Part shown: positions 35,339-43,193 of the stretch, in pieces | Layout of the letters: each line of letters starts with the position of its first letter | Numbering within the stretch: position 1 is the first letter of the stretch | DNA from: Candidatus Cloacimonadota bacterium | Lineage (GTDB): Bacteria > Muiribacteriota > UBA6191 > JACPRK01 | DNA length: 43,193 nucleotides | Direction: 5' to 3' | NCBI GenBank assembly: GCA_021772705.1 | Contig: JAJFLN010000112.1 | Location: forward strand, 1-43,193 | The notes under the pieces: model-generated | What the model was told of the DNA's origin: nothing | The model's database searches: none | Seen by the model: only the letters and a program-made list of their open reading frames with translations | Made by a program: the position numbers and the translations under genes

Positions 35339-35965
35339 CTACTTCGGGTTCGGTTTCCAGAGGTCATCCCGCACCTCCGGAGCCCGCTTGCTCACCAGGG
35401 TCCTGAAGGTGTGGATCGACTTGCCTGGTTTACCTTCCGCCATGGCCTTCGCCTGTTCCTGATTGGCAAACTCCAGGCGGATCTCATAGAAACCCAGGAC
35501 GTCAATCTCCCGGGTGAAGTTGCCGGTGGTGACCGAGATCCGGGGATTCCGGGCGAAGACCTGGAAGGAGGTGATGAAACCGACGCTCCTGCCCGAGAGG
35601 CCGAAGCTCTGCTCCCGATCCTCGTCGCCTCCCTTGGCAGTTCGTTTCACGTAACGCTCGGTCTCGAAGAACTCGTAGGTCACGGTCTCGGTGGAAGGGG
35701 GGGCGTCGGCGTCCTTCGAGTTGGCCTCCCGGGTGATGGTGACAGTGGAGCCGAGCTGGATTGAATCGCCCCGGCCGGCGCTTCGGATGTCGCGGCGCAC
35801 GTTGTCCAGGAGCAGCGTCGCCTGGCGAAGGAAGTCGAGGGTCGCCTCGGCTCGGCCCACGTTTCTCTGAACCCCGGTGAACATCTGGAGAAGGATCAGG
35901 ATGATGATCGAGGCCACGGCCATGACGAACATGGTCTCGATGAGGGTGAAGGCCCGTCGGCTCAT
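35339..35965 (-). CDS. Prepilin-type N-terminal motif protein (minor pseudopilin-like)
   Basis: MSRRA|FTLIETMFVMAVASIIILILL has Phe+1/Glu+5 and Ala at -1. ATGA overlap with the upstream gene and GGAGG SD. The track ORF extends to 36070. Confidence 0.7.
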   Translation of the reverse strand: MSRRAFTLIETMFVMAVASIIILILLQMFTGVQRNVGRAEATLDFLRQATLLLDNVRRDIRSAGRGDSIQLGSTVTITREANSKDADAPPSTETVTYEFFETERYVKRTAKGGDEDREQSFGLSGRSVGFITSFQVFARNPRISVTTGNFTREIDVLGFYEIRLEFANQEQAKAMAEGKPGKSIHTFRTLVSKRAPEVRDDLWKPNPK

Positions 35966-36573
35966 CCTCCACCTCCCAGGGACCGGTAGGGATCTCCCAG
36001 GACGGTTCGAAGCTCCACATGCTGTTTCTTCTGAACCTCGCCGGCGTTGCTGGATCGCCTGACGGTCCATTCGACTCGGATGATGACGGTCAGGGTCTTC
36101 TCCCGCCGCACGCTGCCCGTGGGGGCGCTGGGATCCGCCGGGGCCCCACCGCCAGAGTCTCGGATGGCGAAGTAGCGAATGTAGTAGTCCTCCATCGGCG
36201 GCACGATGGGGTCGTCGCTGGCAAAGAAGGCCTTCTCGAAGGAATCCCAGGCCTTGAGCTGATCATTGGTGGGGGCGTCCGAGGAAATGGGCGCGAAGAG
36301 AACCTCGTCCAGGGACTGAGGGACGCCCCACTTGCCCTTTCCCAGCTGCTGCATGATGGGTGGAAACTGGCTGACGGCGTCGAATCCGACTGCCCGGATC
36401 GCCTCGATCAGGTTGGAGGCATGGTTGGTGGCCTGAACCTGGCTGACGGTCAACCGCGCCGTCTGGGTGCTGCCGGACATGACCCAGAATATGGGAATGA
36501 TCCCTGCGAAGAGGATGATGATCCCGATGAAGAGCTCCAGGAAGCTGAAGCCTTGATTTCGGCGCTGCTGCAT
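35962..36573 (-). CDS. Prepilin-type N-terminal motif protein (minor pseudopilin-like)
   Basis: MQQRRNQG|FSFLELFIGIIILFAGIIPIF has Gly-1, Phe+1 and Glu+5. TGATG overlap with the upstream 1106-aa gene. Confidence 0.7.
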   Translation of the reverse strand: MQQRRNQGFSFLELFIGIIILFAGIIPIFWVMSGSTQTARLTVSQVQATNHASNLIEAIRAVGFDAVSQFPPIMQQLGKGKWGVPQSLDEVLFAPISSDAPTNDQLKAWDSFEKAFFASDDPIVPPMEDYYIRYFAIRDSGGGAPADPSAPTGSVRREKTLTVIIRVEWTVRRSSNAGEVQKKQHVELRTVLGDPYRSLGGGG

Positions 36574-39500
36574 CAGATCTTGCCGGAGCTGTACTTCCGA
36601 ACCCGGGGTTCGATGTTGGTGATGAAGGAGTTTAGGTTCTTGAACGCCGGGTTGTAATCGATGACCCGCTTGCCAGAACGAGTGAAGCTCGACTTATCCC
36701 AGCCGCCAGCGACCACGCTGCCCTGGATGTACAGGGAGTCCGTGGGGGCGCCGGACAGGGAGATAGTCTTGTGGGCGATGAGGCCGGCCTGCACGATCTT
36801 TGCCTCCCCGCTGATGGTGATCTTGTCCGCCACGAGCCAGACCGTTCCCTTGGCCTTCAGGTCGTTGACGATGGAGATCTCTCCGGGAACGACAATTGCA
36901 CCGGACCCCTGGATGGTGATGGGACCCTCCGTGCCCAGCTCCACCTTGCTGCTGGCCACGCCCAAGATGGTGTTGAGGAACAGGAGGTTGTCTCCCGAAG
37001 GGTCCAGGACCAGGAACCGGCGGCTCGCTTCGTCCCAGGTCATCAGACCCTCGGCATCGCCGTCACCTCCGGTCCCGTCGGCCCAGAAGGAGCGGCCGCC
37101 GAAGGCCTCCTTCGTGTCGGGATCGCTGGGAGCCGAGACACCCTTGCCGTATTCATCCATGAAGAAATAGGCTTCCTCCAGGCGCTTCGTGCCCTTTCGT
37201 TTCTTGTAGATCTCCTTCAGGACGGCGTCGTTGAGCGGCATGTCGTTGTTCTCGCCATACTTCTCCGGATCCAGATAGTCATTCTCCCCTTTCTCGATGT
37301 AGCCGATGCCGTCGGTGATCTCGGCGGGGAACTCGTTCATCAGGAGTTCCTTCCGCTCCTTCACGTCCTTGGAGAAGATCTCCCGCAGATCAGTGCACAT
37401 GAACCGCAGGGAGTAGTTGTAAGGCAGGACCCGGGCTGGGTTGGTCATCAAGGGGGTGAAGTAGAGCTTGAAGAAGTCTTCCTTCGTGTTGGCGTTCTTC
37501 ACGGGCCAGTTGGTGACCCACTGCTTCTCGAAGTAGTCTCTGAAGTTCTCCTTCGCCGATCCGGGCCGGTTGTCCCAGGGGTCGGGCAGAGAGAAGGGGA
37601 AGAACTTCGGAGCGTTGGCTCCCTTGGCCTCCCAGAACTTGCGCTTCTTCTCGTCCTTGATCTGAGAGGGCTGGATCTCCTTCACCTCCACCCGGCTTCG
37701 GATGTCGTTCTCATCGTCCACCAGAGCCTTCCACCGGGTCTTGGCGCCCAGCAGGGCCGCCTTCATGGCCTCCTCCGACTGGCCCGTGGGACCTGACTGA
37801 CCCTCGGCCTGGGCTGCATCCCGGACCTTCTGAATCGCCTCGTCCACGGGACCGAGACCGGAGACGCTGTAGCTGAAGCAACGAAGCAGCTCTTCGAAAT
37901 AGGGCGTGACGCCCTTGTAGAGATAGCCGTCACCGGCCTCGTACTTACCAGAGCCCCAGAAATTCTTCTTGCCCAGGAGTTGAAAGAGAGGGCTCATTCC
38001 GACAGCGAACTGAGGGGCGCCGTCGTTCTGGTCCGTCTTGGTCGCGTTCTCCGTCTCCGGAGGAGGGGCCACGCTCTTCAGGAAGAGCCGCTTGGCGTAC
38101 TGGACCCGGCTCTTCTCCCAGAGCTTGGCAAGACCGGGCATGAGCCGGCCGAAGAGGGCCGCGCCTGAGAGAGGCAGATAGGTTCCATTGGCGGACTTGT
38201 TCGCCACGTTGGGGTCCATGTTCCACCGGACCCGGGCATCCCAGACCCAGATAGGCCGTTTCTCCTTGTCCTCCGTCGGGTCCTGGCTCCGGTCCATCAG
38301 GTCCTTGTATCCCTCGAAGAACTCCACTGGCCCGGCTTGGACCTCGAACTTGCGATCCGTGCTCGGTTCCTCCTGACCCTTCGGGTCCGACTTGCGCCGC
38401 TGCTTGTATCCTGACAGAGACAGGCAGCGCCGGTAGACATTGCCGAGGACCACCGTGGGGCTGGCGAAGTTGCCCTGCAGATACTGGCCCGGTTGCTGGG
38501 GGTTCCGGATACCCAGGCTGGGTCCGTTTCCGTTGGAACCGAAGAGGTGAAGGCTGGAGCTGACGATGGTTTGGGTCCCCCCTTCGCCATCGCCGCGAGC
38601 GAAACCGAATCGCTGGTAGGATTTGGTTCCCCACTCCGTAGCGTAACCGTAGTCCTTCCTGACGACGTAGTAGAGCGGCAATGCGTTGGAGTCCGCCAGG
38701 TTCTTGCTGCCTTGCTCGATGTTGTCCAGCTCCAGAGCACGCCTGAGGGCTCCCTTGAGCCATTCCCGGACGTCCTTCACCATCTTGCCGAAGAAGTTGA
38801 CACTCCGCTGGAACCAGCCCTTCTCGCCGGGCCCTTCCGGCGCGTCCTTGCCCGGTGTCTGGACTTCCGACTTCTCGATGAAGTTGGAGAACTCCGTGGA
38901 CCAGACCTTGTAGAAGTCCGTCGTTGCGCCCCGATAGAGGTGGAACGTCTCCGAGTAGGGCGCCTGGTCCGAGATGTCCCCGGCCATCAAGTTCAGGTGG
39001 GCCTTCTCCTCGCCCCCCAGGTAGATGTAGCCGATCTTGTTCTCGAACTGGCCCTTCAAGGTGGCTCCCTGAAAGTCAGCCTGGGGGCCGAAGAAGAAGC
39101 CATCGCCGCTCTTGACGAACAGGACGCCGCCGGTGGCGCTTTTGCCGGTCAAGGGGTTCTGGGCCCAGTTGAAGTTGCCCCGGTTCTGGAAGCTCTCTGG
39201 TTCCTCCTTCTGGGTGATGGCCTTCTTCACATAGAGGGAGAAGTGGCGGAAGTAGGGTGGAATCGTCCGGGCTCGTTTGAATTCGTATTCCATGGAGATG
39301 CTGCGAGCGGGAATCCTGAAGGTGTCGACCTTGCGGTACTGACCGGTGGTGGAATCCTCCCGCAGACCTTGCTGGAGTACGATGTTGTCCTTCAGCTTGA
39401 GCAGGATCTCCACCCGTCCGTGGACCTCGGGAGAGCCCACCTTCTGTAGGGCCGTGGGCAGGGTGGCGCTTCCCTCGTCGGCGGGACGGATGGTGTTGAA

Positions 39501-39893
39501 GCCGGCCATCTTCTTCAGACCCTTCAATCGGGCCGTGACCTCCAGGCTGTCGAGGAAGCTGTCGGCCATGGTGTTGGGGCTGCCATCGGCGCCGGCTTCG
39601 CCCAGGATGCCGGAGGAGGACAACTCCCCCTTCACGTCTCCCGTGATGTCGACCCACTCTCCGGGATCTTCGTCCAGGAGGGCCGTGAGGGTCGATTCCC
39701 GCTGAACCACGGCTCTGGAGATGACGTCGAGGCCGTCGAAGATGGCCAGCACCTTCTCGTTGTAATAGGTGTGGTGAAGCATCCTGGACGTGGACTGGCT
39801 GATCCAGTTGTAGGTGATCACCACGATACCAAGAACGACCATGACGACGATCGCCATGAGCGTGACGGAACCGGGACGAGAGCGCTTGAGCAT
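36573..39893 (-). CDS. Large (1106 aa) membrane-anchored protein with GspK/PilX-like N-terminus
   Basis: The N-terminus MLKRSRPGSVTLMAIVVMVVLGIVVITY resembles GspK/PilX-type anchors (no Glu+5). The body is unassigned. The C-terminus has beta-helix-like repeats (ITIQGSGAIVVPGEISIV, KITISGEAKIVQAGLIAHKTISLSG). Confidence 0.6.
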   Translation of the reverse strand: MLKRSRPGSVTLMAIVVMVVLGIVVITYNWISQSTSRMLHHTYYNEKVLAIFDGLDVISRAVVQRESTLTALLDEDPGEWVDITGDVKGELSSSGILGEAGADGSPNTMADSFLDSLEVTARLKGLKKMAGFNTIRPADEGSATLPTALQKVGSPEVHGRVEILLKLKDNIVLQQGLREDSTTGQYRKVDTFRIPARSISMEYEFKRARTIPPYFRHFSLYVKKAITQKEEPESFQNRGNFNWAQNPLTGKSATGGVLFVKSGDGFFFGPQADFQGATLKGQFENKIGYIYLGGEEKAHLNLMAGDISDQAPYSETFHLYRGATTDFYKVWSTEFSNFIEKSEVQTPGKDAPEGPGEKGWFQRSVNFFGKMVKDVREWLKGALRRALELDNIEQGSKNLADSNALPLYYVVRKDYGYATEWGTKSYQRFGFARGDGEGGTQTIVSSSLHLFGSNGNGPSLGIRNPQQPGQYLQGNFASPTVVLGNVYRRCLSLSGYKQRRKSDPKGQEEPSTDRKFEVQAGPVEFFEGYKDLMDRSQDPTEDKEKRPIWVWDARVRWNMDPNVANKSANGTYLPLSGAALFGRLMPGLAKLWEKSRVQYAKRLFLKSVAPPPETENATKTDQNDGAPQFAVGMSPLFQLLGKKNFWGSGKYEAGDGYLYKGVTPYFEELLRCFSYSVSGLGPVDEAIQKVRDAAQAEGQSGPTGQSEEAMKAALLGAKTRWKALVDDENDIRSRVEVKEIQPSQIKDEKKRKFWEAKGANAPKFFPFSLPDPWDNRPGSAKENFRDYFEKQWVTNWPVKNANTKEDFFKLYFTPLMTNPARVLPYNYSLRFMCTDLREIFSKDVKERKELLMNEFPAEITDGIGYIEKGENDYLDPEKYGENNDMPLNDAVLKEIYKKRKGTKRLEEAYFFMDEYGKGVSAPSDPDTKEAFGGRSFWADGTGGDGDAEGLMTWDEASRRFLVLDPSGDNLLFLNTILGVASSKVELGTEGPITIQGSGAIVVPGEISIVNDLKAKGTVWLVADKITISGEAKIVQAGLIAHKTISLSGAPTDSLYIQGSVVAGGWDKSSFTRSGKRVIDYNPAFKNLNSFITNIEPRVRKYSSGKI

Positions 39894-39924
39894 GGATGAG
39901 GGGAGGCGGAATGGCCTCCTCTAA

Positions 39925-39953
39925 AGCGTAACGGATGGATACCTGGCGGTCAA
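39925..39953 (-). promoter_or_regulatory. Weak sigma70-like promoter candidate for the pseudopilin operon
   Basis: Minus strand reads TTGACC-N17-TACGCT, between the terminator hairpin and ATG 39893. Confidence 0.25.
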
Positions 39954-39969
39954 CGGGGGAGGGCCAACT

Positions 39970-40007
39970 TCCCCAAAGCAGAAACGACGGCCCGAAGGCC
40001 GCCGTTT
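39970..40007 (-). terminator. Rho-independent terminator/attenuator after the anti-sigma gene
   Basis: Minus strand reads AAACGGCGGCC-TTCG-GGCCGTCGTTT: 11-bp stem with one G-U pair, a UUCG loop, then TCTGCTTTGG. It starts about 20 nt after stop 40028. Confidence 0.6.
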
Positions 40008-40027
40008 GTGAGTTCTGGATGGATGCG

Positions 40028-41395
40028 CTACCTGTGTTCCACGCCGTTGTAATCCGGGTCGGTCCGGTCGATGCCGGCATCAATGACGGGGCCGTCGTCG
40101 ACTGGCTGAGAAGTGCGGCCAGCGCCGAAGGTCGTCGTCGGAGCGTCGGAGAGAGGGGCGGGGACGATTGCGGAGCGAGCGGCCTCTTCCTGGACCCGCT
40201 GGAGCAGGGCCGAGTTGGTGGGGAGGCCCCACTTGAGGAAGTCGTTCTCCGTGATGGTCGCGAGACGGGCGAGCTGCATATGCTGGACGTCTGTCTGGTA
40301 GCCCTCCTTCACCAGGACCGTGGAGATTTCTCGCTTCGTGTCGGGGTCGATACTGGCGACCTCGACCTTGCTCTCGAAGACCTGGACCTTGGTCTTGACC
40401 GTCCGGGTCGCGTTGAGGGAGTCGAGGAGCATGTTGACCTGTACGGCGAGGCTGACGGGTGTGGCGTGCATCGGATAGGCCAGCATCGGCATCAGGCCGT
40501 TCATTCGGGAATCTGTCAGGTTTCGGGTGTACTCGTCGAGGAACTTATCGACGACCTTGCTCTCGGTCAGATCACCGTCATAGTAGGCGGCGATGCGCTC
40601 GGGGTAATGGACTTCGGCGGAGTATCGGGTTCCTCGGACGGAGGCCACTGCGTTGGGCGTCTCGGCCTGGAAGCGGCTGCCGATCTTGTCGACTCGAATC
40701 CAGGTGTCTCCGTGATAGACGCGGACCGCATTGGTCAGGATCTGGACGAGAGACCTGGGGCGAAGCTTCAAGGTGGTCTTGTCCTGGGTGTACTCGATCC
40801 GTGCCGTGGCGCCCGGGAGGGTACGAATCTTGTCGCCGTATCCAACCTCATCGGCATCGGAGATGTGAAGCCACTGTGAGGAGTTGACCCTCTGGACCTG
40901 GACATCACCGCTGGCGATACGGACGTGAATCCGCTGGCTCGTGCGCCGTTTGGCCAGGCTGGGCTCCACCAGAGGAGGAGTCTTGGCGATGGTGGTCAGG
41001 GCGCTGTCCTGCTGAGCGTGCATCTCGGGCATCGGCAGGGAGCCGGGTTGCCCCGCCTGGAAGATGAAGATCCCGGCGGTGATGACCACGACGGCGGCTG
41101 CGGAGGCTAGGCTCCAGAACCAAGCGCCAGTGGACTGAGGCTGCAGGTCCGGGATGAGCGGCATCGGCCGGACCGGGTGATTCACCTCGGTCATGACTTC
41201 GCTCGTGATTCGCCCAGGAGGGACGAGATCTTCGAGCTGCTCGAGCCCTTCGACTACCTTGTTGTACAACTTGAAATCCAATCTACACCTGGCGCAGACA
41301 TCGATGTGGTTCATCAGGACGGCGGTCTGACCGCTGTCCAGCGCCTTGTCCAGGTATAGCTGGAGCAAATCCTCGTAATTGTCACACGAAGACAT
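40028..41395 (-). CDS. Anti-sigma factor: zinc-binding (ZAS, zf-HC2) N-domain, TM segment, FecR-like periplasmic domain
   Basis: HIDVCARC fits HxxxCxxC. TM WFWSLASAAAVVVITAGIFIF. FecR-like GDVQVQRVNSSQW...GDKIRTLPGATARIEY...VRGTRYSAEV. ATG 41395 sits behind AGGTGA (the track uses GTG 41404, overlapping the sigma stop). Confidence 0.8.
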   Translation of the reverse strand: MSSCDNYEDLLQLYLDKALDSGQTAVLMNHIDVCARCRLDFKLYNKVVEGLEQLEDLVPPGRITSEVMTEVNHPVRPMPLIPDLQPQSTGAWFWSLASAAAVVVITAGIFIFQAGQPGSLPMPEMHAQQDSALTTIAKTPPLVEPSLAKRRTSQRIHVRIASGDVQVQRVNSSQWLHISDADEVGYGDKIRTLPGATARIEYTQDKTTLKLRPRSLVQILTNAVRVYHGDTWIRVDKIGSRFQAETPNAVASVRGTRYSAEVHYPERIAAYYDGDLTESKVVDKFLDEYTRNLTDSRMNGLMPMLAYPMHATPVSLAVQVNMLLDSLNATRTVKTKVQVFESKVEVASIDPDTKREISTVLVKEGYQTDVQHMQLARLATITENDFLKWGLPTNSALLQRVQEEAARSAIVPAPLSDAPTTTFGAGRTSQPVDDGPVIDAGIDRTDPDYNGVEHR

Positions 41396-41400
41396 CTGGA

Positions 41401-41997
41401 TCACCTCGTCTCGGACCCTTGCAAACGACCCTCTAGATAGCCTTTAAGAAGTTTCCGCGCTCTGTGAATCCTGGCTTTGATCGTCCCCATGGGGAGGTTC
41501 AACATCTGGGACATCTCTTTGTAGGAGAGGTTCTGGATGTGGCGCAGCACCACTACGGCACGGTAGTCGATGGGCAAGAGTTCGATACCTTCCCGGATGA
41601 CCGCCTGCAGCTCCGCTGCTTCTAGCCGGTCCTCCAGCTCCGTCTCGGTGTTGCGCTGAGACGTCGCGTGGGAGAGGATGGCACTCTCAGCGCCGCTGGA
41701 GAGGATGACTTCCAGTGAGGCTGTGTTCTGAGAGCGCGTCCGATGGTAATCGATACAGAGGTTACTGACTGTCTTGAGGAGCCAGTTGGAGAACTTGTAC
41801 TTCGGGTCATAGCGATCCAGAGACTTGTAGATCTTGATGAAGGCATCCTGAGCGATGTCCTTCGCCTTCTCTGGGTTGCTTGTTAGACGATATGCCATGT
41901 TGTAGACCCGACGGTTGTACTTGTCGACCAGCTGGGCAAAGACCTCTTTCTTGCCCTTCAGGCAAAGCTTGATCAGCTTGTAATCTTCGTTTTCCAC
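41401..41997 (-). CDS. ECF-type RNA polymerase sigma-70 family factor
   Basis: Region 2 DIAQDAFIKIYKSLDRYDPKYKFSNWLLKTVSNLCIDYHR. Region 4 LSYKEMSQMLNLPMGTIKARIHRARKLLK. GTG start at 41997. Confidence 0.85.
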   Translation of the reverse strand: MENEDYKLIKLCLKGKKEVFAQLVDKYNRRVYNMAYRLTSNPEKAKDIAQDAFIKIYKSLDRYDPKYKFSNWLLKTVSNLCIDYHRTRSQNTASLEVILSSGAESAILSHATSQRNTETELEDRLEAAELQAVIREGIELLPIDYRAVVVLRHIQNLSYKEMSQMLNLPMGTIKARIHRARKLLKGYLEGRLQGSETR

Positions 41998-42051
41998 AAA
42001 GGCCTTTGCGAGCCTTTCCGGACCATCAAGCTGCCTGACTTCATCAGCTAC

Positions 42052-42079
42052 TACGTGGAGGGGTCCAGAAGGTTGCAGC
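42052..42079 (-). promoter_or_regulatory. ECF-type (autoregulatory) promoter candidate (AAC-N16-CGTAGT)
   Basis: Minus strand reads GCTGCAACC-TTCTGGACCCCTCCA-CGTAGTAG. The -10 element lies about 55 nt upstream of the sigma start. Confidence 0.55.
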
Positions 42080-42175
42080 TTTCGATCGGGAGGGGTCTAC
42101 TTTCTGGCTAGAGACGATGATCCTGAAGTGATGGGGTGTTTCGCTTGCCTGGTACAACGGTCGGGGCTACAGAAG

Positions 42176-42216
42176 TAAAACAAAATACCGGATTCTTCGG
42201 TGGTTTTTGGCCGAAG
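42176..42216 (-). terminator. Possible intrinsic terminator after the transaldolase gene
   Basis: Minus strand reads CTTCGG-CCAAAAACCA-CCGAAG, overlapping ACCG-AAGAATC-CGGT, followed by ATTTTGTTTTAC. The stems are short. Confidence 0.4.
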
Positions 42217-42237
42217 TAAGGGGGTGGATCTTCGGAA

Positions 42238-42900
42238 TTAGTTCTTCGTCATGCCAGGACGAGGGATCTTCTCCGAATCCCGGCGGAACTGCTCGATTCC
42301 TTTGCTGGTGAGGGGATGCTCGCACATTTGCTCCAGCACTTTCATGGGGCATGTGGCGATATCTGCGCCATGACGCGCGACCTCGATTACATGAAGCGGA
42401 TGGCGGATGCTGGCGGCGATGATCTCAGTCTCAATCGCATGAGTCTCGAAGATCTCGGCGATGTCGGAGATGAGTGAAACTCCGTCCTCACTGATGTCAT
42501 CCAGCCGGCCCAGGAACGGGCTGATGTAGGCCGCTCCGGCCCGGGCAGCCAGCAGAGCCTGGTTGGCGGAGAAGATCAACGTCGTGTTCACGGGAATGTC
42601 ATCGGAGCTCAGGGCATAAATGGCCTTCAAGCCCTCCCGGCCCATGGGAATCTTGACCACCGCGTTGTCGCAGTACTTCACGACTTCTCGGCCTTCAGCG
42701 ACCATTCCTTCCGCATCGAGGGCGAGAACCTCCACGCTGATGGGGCCCTTGCAGATCTCGGCGATCTCCCGGATCACTTCTTCGTAGACCCGGCCTTCTT
42801 TGGCCACCAGAGAGGGGTTGGTCGTGACTCCCGCCAGGACACCCCAGCTGGCAACTTCCCGGATATCCTCCACATTCGCTGTATCCAGATAGATCTTCAC
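42238..42900 (-). CDS. tal: Transaldolase / fructose-6-phosphate aldolase family (short, type 3B)
   Basis: [30 protein letters not shown], Schiff-base Lys in [19 protein letters not shown] 42900 sits behind GGGAGAG (the track ORF extends to 42963). Confidence 0.85.
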   Translation of the reverse strand: MKIYLDTANVEDIREVASWGVLAGVTTNPSLVAKEGRVYEEVIREIAEICKGPISVEVLALDAEGMVAEGREVVKYCDNAVVKIPMGREGLKAIYALSSDDIPVNTTLIFSANQALLAARAGAAYISPFLGRLDDISEDGVSLISDIAEIFETHAIETEIIAASIRHPLHVIEVARHGADIATCPMKVLEQMCEHPLTSKGIEQFRRDSEKIPRPGMTKN

Positions 42901-43080
42901 GCTCTCCCGAACCTTTCGCTCCGGATCGCGCCGGAAGCCTTTGAATCGTTGCAGATGCGACAAAATCCGGCGACAGGTTCAAACAGCCTCCCCGGATCGG
43001 AGCCATGATAGTAGTAATGCGGAATGATGTCAATGTAAGGGGGCACGGGAGAGTGCATGTCACCCAGGGGGTCCCCTCCT

Positions 43081-43106
43081 CCGTTCGCCCCGAGCTTGTC
43101 GAGGGG
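43081..43106. repeat. Third copy of the ccgttcg..gagcttgtcgagg repeat arm
   Basis: ccgttcgccccgagcttgtcgagggg matches 16540-16565 at 23/26 positions. It lies 28 nt upstream of the GIY-YIG start. Confidence 0.7.
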
Positions 43107-43133
43107 CCAGGCATGGCGTAGCTCCCTTGAGGC

Positions 43134-43193
43134 ATGAGACCATTCTTCCTGTACATCCTCGAGTGTTCCGATGGCTCCTACTACGTGGGTCAC
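43134..43193 (+). CDS. GIY-YIG nuclease-family protein, 5' fragment truncated by the window end
   Basis: Hand translation from ATG 43134 gives MRPFFLYILECSDGSYYVGH. This is the characteristic YILxCxDGSxYxG GIY motif. Not in the ORF track because only 20 codons are present. Confidence 0.6.
   Translation, partial: MRPFFLYILECSDGSYYVGH

Noticed and set aside
39894-40027. ECF-type AAC-N16/17-CGT promoter upstream of the 1106-aa gene
   Set aside because: The candidates have wrong spacing or a wrong -10: GAAC-N17-CGGG and AAAC-N14-CGTC, both inside the terminator hairpin. Only a weak sigma70-like TTGACC-N17-TACGCT remains.
42976-42990. tRNA-like T-loop string (aggttcaaacagcc)
   Set aside because: Flanking bases cannot form a T-stem, acceptor stem or cloverleaf. 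No other tRNA-like segment was seen in the intergenic regions.

Overview
GC-rich bacterial chromosomal window with diderm features (beta-barrel OMP, pseudopilins, LytM proteins). It holds about 40 genes, mostly on the minus strand, and I found no rRNA, tRNA or CRISPR. The ORF track translates GTG/TTG starts as M, so I re-examined several starts by hand. Left to right: (1) a tightly coupled minus-strand operon, 6467->168: PqqD-like small protein, ATP-grasp ligase, fold-III PLP decarboxylase, urea-transporter-like::M23 peptidase fusion, beta-barrel OMP, TPR protein. (2) A DedA/TVP38 membrane protein, an orphan EcfA-like ABC ATPase pair, and an MMPL/HpnN-like transporter with a YCII-VOC fusion. 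(3) A Ser/Thr signalling module: vWA-TM-2xFHA-Zn-ribbon protein, 3xZn-ribbon-FHA protein, PP2C phosphatase. (4) A nested palindromic REP-like repeat. (5) A long co-directional minus-strand array: recG, rsmD, small ORF, FabZ-like, FabG, degenerate hotdog, two active-site-complete ketosynthases, membrane-anchored alpha/beta hydrolase, second MMPL paralogue. (6) An envelope block headed by an ECF sigma factor and a ZAS/FecR anti-sigma factor, followed by an orphan pseudopilin-like operon (1106-aa GspK-like protein plus two prepilin-motif proteins). Downstream are secreted acidic proteins, a catalytically degenerate LytM protein, a 795-aa protein whose only two cysteines form a CxxCH motif, and a small membrane protein. 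(7) A transaldolase, another repeat copy, and the 5' end of a GIY-YIG gene. Two observations stand out. First, an ECF-type promoter motif (AAC-N16/17-CGTAG) occurs three times, before the sigma gene and before two of the secreted-protein transcription units. Second, the uncharacterised PqqD/ATP-grasp/decarboxylase/UT-M23/OMP/TPR operon. All functional calls rest on motifs read by eye; I ran no database searches.
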